Part shown: piece by piece, positions 57,963 to 64,000 of the stretch
Position numbering within the stretch: position 1 is the stretch's first letter
How the letters are laid out: each line of letters begins with the position of its first letter
From: Eledone cirrhosa
Taxonomy: Eukaryota
Assembly: GCA_964016885.1 (NCBI GenBank)
Contig: OZ024745.1
Span: 40,610,001-40,674,000 of the forward strand
Reading direction: 5' to 3'
DNA: 64,000 bases
Position numbers and translations under genes: made by a program
The notes under the pieces: generated by a model
What the model saw: only the letters and a program-made list of their open reading frames with translations
Told to the model about the DNA's origin: nothing
The model's database searches: none

Positions 57963-60900
57963 TAGAAAGGATGAATATAAAATGAAAGTGCTTTTTTTAA
58001 AAAAGGAATTTATTAGGTATTGACATATGTTTCTGTAACAGACTGAATACCTATGTATCGCTGCTTGCGTAATGATATAATGTTAGCAAGTATTCGATAG
58101 CAAATGTATAATCAGTTGTCACTTCTTCAGAGATTTTGGATAAATTGGATAAAATCAGAAAAATTGAAGTATTTATATTAGTAATAGAGGAAGAAACAGA
58201 GGGGATAGTACATGACAGATGGTAAATTAATTTACTGCTAAACAAGTATATAATGGGTTTCTAATGAGAATAGCATGAGTAAATCTAAATAAGAATTTTG
58301 GGAGTGCCAATTTTAATCTCTACTTGACCAACTGGACAGTGGACAGGGCTGGTCATTTGGTGCAGTAGTATTAATTATAAGGTGTCAATTGGGGAAGGGG
58401 GAGATTTCGATTGCTACTAAATAACATCAATGCTAGTAGTCAGCTGGTATATGCATTAGGGAATTGAATCAAGAAATCAGAAATCTCATTCTATCTATAG
58501 CAGTTTGTATTAAAAGGTAAATAATAGAGGAGTTGATAGAATTAAGACTAATAAAGAATGTTAATATCTATTTTGACGATAGAACGCAACCCTTAACACC
58601 AGCTATACCATCCTTCAACCTGAAGGACCACAAGGTAAACTTCGATACTAACCCTAATATTAGACTTATATGCCCCTCTAAATCTGATATAGGCAAAATT
58701 AGCAAATATATACTAGTCAGAATTATCCCCCAAGTTAAGGTTAAAGTAGAGATTAAACTATGGGGTAACACTCATGAAGCAATAAGATGGTTTAATAACA
58801 TTACTGATAAGAAACAATCAAAATTTATTCAGTTTGATATTGATGAATATTATTCCTCAATTTCACCTGATACTCTACATGAAGCTCTTTCGTTCGCTAA
58901 GGATAATTCCGACCTTACGGATGCTGAAATTAAAATTATTATGGAAGCGAGGAAAACTATAGTTAAATTCGATGATAGCTACTGGGTTCGCAAAGATAGA
59001 CCTTCTAATTTTGATATCACTATGGGTTCTAATGATTCGGCGGAAGTAACAGATCTTGTGGGAATTTATATCACCCACAGATTACAAGGAAAATTCAAGG
59101 ATCTCCACGGTGGAATCTACCGTGACGATGCGCTCCTATTAGTTAAGCATATGAATAACCAGAATTTAGAAAGGATGCGTAAAAATATCAGAAAGCTTTT
59201 TAAGGAACTAGGATTAAATATTACATTTGAATATAACCTCAAAGAGGTCAATTTCCTTGATGTTACTTTCAATCTCAATACAGATACGATTAAACCGTTC
59301 CATAAACTAAATGAGAACCTTAAATATGTAAATACGAGTTCTAACCATCCACTCTCTATAATTAAATCCATCCCTAGAAATGTTTCTCTTAGAATCTCCC
59401 GCCTGTCGTCCAGCCAACAAACCTTCAAAGAACATGCCGAATATTATGATGATGCACTTAGGAAAGCCGGTCACCTAGATAATATAGAGTATATAGTCAA
59501 AGATCACCAAAACACCCAAAATAAATCCCATAGGAGTAGAAATAGCACAGAATCACCACCGCAATAGACACAATAATAGTCTCACACCACCAAACAGAAG
59601 GCGATGTAAGGAGTATATTTGGTACAACCCGGTCTATAACAACTCTATTAAAACCAATCTACCCTCAAAATTCTTTCGATTAGTTAAAAAACACTTTCCA
59701 ACATCACATAAATATAATAAAATCTTAAACCCTAACACTATTCGACTTTCATATTCAACCGCCCCTAATATTGAACAACATATAAAAAAGCTTAACACAA
59801 AACGGTTGTATAAACGCCTTCCAACACATAACAATACACGTAAAACATTAGCTATAACATCACAAAACAACAAACAACATCCTGTCCTACATAAGCAACC
59901 TCATCAACCCATCCATGGCAATACAACAACGCAAAATTATAATTGCAACTGTGTCCAACCAGGAATGTGTCCGTTGAACAATCAGTGTCTTGAACGTAAC
60001 ATCGTATACAAATGTACTATCGAATCGGATAGACAGAAGTGGTACTATGTGGGATCTACAGCCACCTCCTTCAAATCACGCCTTTATAGACATCGTTACT
60101 CGATAAAACATGAAAACCAGCGTTATGTAACAACACTCGCAGACAAGGCTTGGCAGCTGCGTGAAAATAACCAACAATTTCACCTAAAATGGGATATAAT
60201 AGCGGCTGCCCCCCCCCCCCCCCCCCCTATCCCATGGACAGGAATTTTGTAAATTATGTAATGTAGAATGATTTTGTATTATGAAATCCAAAAACATTTT
60301 ATTAAATAACAGAATAGAGCGATCGTTATACTGTAACCATCGCTTAAAATCTACATTTTCATATAAATACTACCAGGATTGAACGCCTGTCTCTATCCCC
60401 GTTTGATTGTCAAAATAGATATTAACATTCTTTATTAGTCTTAATTCTATCAACTCCTCTATTATTTACCTTTTAATACAAACTGCTATGGATAGAATGA
60501 GATTTCTGATTTCTTGATTCAATTCCCTAATGCATATACCAGCTGACTACTAGCATTGATGTTATTTAGTAGCAATCGAAATCTCCCCCTTCCCCAATTG
60601 ACACCTTATAATTAATACTACTGCACCAAATGACCAGCCCTGTCCACTGTCCAGTTGGTCAGGTAGAGATTAAAATTGGCACTCCCAAAATTCTTATTTA
60701 GATTTACTCATGCTATTCTCATTAGAAACCCATTATATACTTGTTTAGCAGTAAATTAATTTACCATCTGTCTTGTACTATCCCCTCTGTTTCTTCCTCT
60801 ATTACTAATATAAATACTTCAATTTTTCTGATTTTATCCAATTTATCCAAAATCTCTGAAGAAGTGACAACTGATTATACATTTGCTATCGAATACTTGC

Positions 60901-61023
60901 TAACATTATATCATTACGCAAGCAGCGATACATAGGTATTCAGTCTGTTACAGAAACATATGTCAATACCTAATAAATTCCTTTTTTAAAAAAAGCACTT
61001 TCATTTTATATTCATCCTTTCTA
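57963..61023 (+). mobile_element. 5'-truncated Hydra-type Penelope-like element with inverted copy of its 3' end
   Basis: 57963-58577 is the reverse complement of 60409-61023; coding remnant between; ends in (TA)n. Confidence 0.92.
58578..60382 (+). pseudogene. Penelope-type RT and GIY-YIG endonuclease (stop at 59567, frameshifts)
   Basis: LKDHK, RLICPSKSDIG, QFDIDEYY, MGSNDSAE, GIYRDD, VNFLDVTF, CNCVQPGMCPLNNQC, IVY...YVG. Confidence 0.92.
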
Positions 61024-61405
61024 TATATATATATATATGTTTATACACTAGATATGGCTTTCTATAATAATAGTACTAAACACTGTTTTTCTGGACCCCT
61101 TTAGAAATAACCTGCTACTATAATAGCCCTAATAACTTGTATGTGACACTGTACTACTTTGACCCCTCTAACTAAATTTTGTCCGAACAACACCACTAGA
61201 AGAATCTACTTCCCAGCCAACCTTTGCACGCCTCATTAAGCTAACTGCTGCCAAAACATTCTCTCTTCACAATCTCTACTATTCTGACAGTCTTAAACCC
61301 TAAGACTCCCTCCACCTTACTCACTTCCCTCTTCCCCTTCTCTTCCTACCTCCTTCTTTATCTTTTATCTAGTGTATAAAATATTTTCATATCATTCTAA
61401 TACAA

Positions 61406-61522
61406 AGGTCTGATGACATGGTGTGTTGGCTTACAGTGTACTTTCGGTTTTTGATAATATTTGTGTATTATTCAAGTAGCGAGGTATTGGTAACTCATAC
61501 ACTATTGAAACAATTGTTACCT
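61406..61522 (+). ncRNA. Type I hammerhead with ~90-nt stem II domain
   Basis: aggt CTGATGA c atggtgtg...tacactat t GAAA caattg TT acct AATAAA. Confidence 0.7.
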
Positions 61523-61581
61523 AATAAATTCTATATACCCGCATTTCCATTTCGTAAATTTTTTCTCCATATATATATATA

Positions 61582-61783
61582 GCGAAGGAAAAGTTGTAAG
61601 GAACCAGGTGGACAATAACGCACCAAAGTACTCAATACTTAGGGTAGTAGAGTGGGTAATAGGAGTAAGTAAGACCCCGACGGCTGAGCTCAAGCCGTTT
61701 CGACGGCTAATTCTGTACGGCTAATTCAGTACAGAATTAGCCGTCGAAACGGCTTGAGCTCAGCCGTCGGGGTCTTACTTACT

Positions 61784-61788
<5 letters not shown>
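61582..61788 (-). mobile_element. Family D short element with perfect fold-back 61659-61788
   Basis: Reverse-complement homology to 10011-10208; ~60-bp arms identical by eye. Confidence 0.82.
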
Positions 61789-61829
<41 letters not shown>

Positions 61830-62262
61830 CGACTGTTGTTTTAAATGTACCTCGAAAAAATTCCACTCAGTCCTATATATAGAGAGAGATATAGGGAAAA
61901 AAGATGAAATCGAAAATGCAACTGGAGTATTTTCTTTTTTAAATATATATTTATTTGGTTTCTTCTCCTTTTCAAAATTAGAATTGAGACGGAGGGTTTT
62001 CTCACATCTGCGATGTGAAAAAAACCACAGGATAGAATCAGTTTTAAACTAGTTAGAGCATTACTCAACAGAGGACTCGATACTTCGGTTTGTAGAATAT
62101 CGATATATTATAAAGAATCGGAACTCAACGGCTGATCTCTAGCTATTTTGGAACTCTCTCTTGAAACGGCAAGAACTCAACCGTTTGGTCCCGACCCATA
62201 ATAATATATATATGTGTGTGCGTGTGTGTGTGTGTCCGCGCATGCGTTTGTGTGAAGTGTTG

Positions 62263-62294
<32 letters not shown>

Positions 62295-62461
62295 TGTATG
62301 TATGTATGTATGTATGTATGTATGTATGTATGTATGTATCACTCGTACAGCGCATCGGTAGGCGTTCTCCTACATGGATATAAAGTAGTGGCCGTACTCG
62401 AAAACGAGTTGGCAGCCACCATGTATGTATGTATGTATGTATCTATGTATGTATCTATTGT

Positions 62462-63739
62462 GTTTACATCCGATATCGAACCTCATGCAGCGTATTTAAC
62501 ATCAGGCGCTTTGCTGCGAAGACAAAAGTATTTACATCAATCATAAGAGACCTCTTGTATGCAGATGATTGCGATCTTGTAGCGCACACAGAGAGTGATA
62601 TGCAGCACATTTTGAATGCATTTTCTGATGCTTGCACTGCCCTAGGTCTGACTGTCAGTCTCAAGAAAACCGTCGTCATGTACCAACCTGCCCCTGGTAA
62701 GCAGTACACTGAACCAAACATCCATGTGTATGGCAAACGACTTGGAGTGGTTGATCAGTTTGTCTACCTGGGAAGCACTGTCAATCGATACAGCAACCTT
62801 GACAGTGAAATCTCACTTAGGATTAGGAAAGCAAGTGATGCTTTCGGAAAGCTAGAAAGGCGACTCTGGGGTCGGCGAGACATATGCAGGAGGACAAAGG
62901 TAAAGGTGTACAGGGCATGTTTGCTCTCTTGTCTTCTTTATGCTTGCGAGACCTGGGTCACATATCGACACCACCTTAAGCAATTGGAGCGTTTCCATCA
63001 GATGTGTCTCAGACGGATCCATGGCGTTCGCTGGAGGGACCACATCAGTGATGTCGAGATTTTGGAAAGCTCTATGTGTGACAGTATAGAAGCTCTTGTG
63101 CTGAAGCAACGACTCCGTTGGAGTGGTCACCTTGCCAGGATGAAGGATTCTAGAATACCAAAACAACTCTTTTATGGAGAGTTGGTTAAAGGAAAACGAC
63201 CGCCACATAAAACAAAAAAGAGGTATAAGGATTCCTTGAAAGCCTCTCTGAAAGACGCTAACATCTCTGCTGATACATGGGAGAATATTGCTGCTGATCG
63301 TAATACATGGAGAAAGACTGTATATGAGGGAAAAAATGCCTTTGAGGCATCTCGAATCGCATACGAGAAAGTAAAGCGGGATGTGAGGAAGGGCATTGCT
63401 GATGCACTTCCAGACGGCGAGGGTCCTCCTATGGTGCTGACATGCAGCGTATGTGCGAGACTCTGCCTAAGCAAAGCTGGACTCGAAAGTCATCTTCGCA
63501 GTCATAAAGTAAGACCAGTGGTTGACTACCAGGCTGCTGTTGGAGATGCTACTCATCATGCTTGCCAAACATGTGGTAGAGAATGTAAATCAGCAGGAGG
63601 GCTCAAGCGACATGCAAAAGTACACGAACTCCAACCACAGCCGACTATTCCCAGTAAATGTTTTGGTTGCCGACTCTGTGCAAGACATTTCAGATCATTG
63701 GCTGGGCTAAAAAGCCACATTCGATCGCAGCGCTGTTAG
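62462..63739 (+). mobile_element. 5'-truncated RTE-clade LINE ORF (RT C-terminal half and three zinc fingers), uninterrupted
   Basis: IRYRT..VFNIRRF.AKTKV, LLYADDC, FVYLGS, LLYACETW, RLRWSGH, RIPKQLFYGEL; Cx2C-x12-H fingers at the C-terminus; ends in (TG)n. Confidence 0.9.
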
Positions 63740-63880
63740 TTGCTATCGTGTGTGTGTGTGTGTGTAGGTATGCTTATGTGTGTGCGTGTGTGTGTATATA
63801 TATATGTATATGTATATTATTATTGTTGTTGTCGTTATTATTATTGTTGTTATTATTATTATTATTATTATTGTTATTAA

Positions 63881-63911
<31 letters not shown>

Positions 63912-63942
63912 GTGAGTGTGTGTGTGTGTGTATATGTGTATG

Positions 63943-63979
<37 letters not shown>

Positions 63980-64000
63980 CTTTTTTTTTCTTTTTTTATT

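Noticed and set aside
58051-60935. Two identical 64-aa ORFs on opposite strands
   Set aside because: Consequence of the inverted duplication of the Penelope 3' end; no coding signal

Overview
AT-rich, microsatellite-saturated eukaryotic DNA, most likely octopus/cephalopod (inferred from the SINE family and the (TA)n/(CA)n/(GA)n load). I found no convincing host gene; most ORFs in the track are translated microsatellites. The window is a graveyard of mobile elements. It holds two large Penelope-like elements (RT + C-terminal GIY-YIG, CxCx5Cx5C linker, Hydra-clade-like) and further Penelope-like fragments. It also holds a degenerate Tx1/L1-type LINE, RTE-type LINEs (one with an open 3' ORF ending in three zinc fingers), a CRE-like fragment, a mariner fragment and several tRNA-derived SINEs. 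Three things are not explained by the ORF track. (1) About 20 type-I hammerhead-ribozyme motifs, found by eye, sit in short (TA)n-embedded elements; several have non-canonical cores and one lies in a 530-bp tandem/inverted multimer resembling a retrozyme. (2) About 17 fold-back (inverted) duplications of different ages are present, several turning at an inferred hammerhead stem II. (3) An RT-less GIY-YIG endonuclease ORF lies head-to-head with the LINE. All alignments and folds were done by eye, so coordinates may be off by a few bases and clade names need phylogenetic confirmation.
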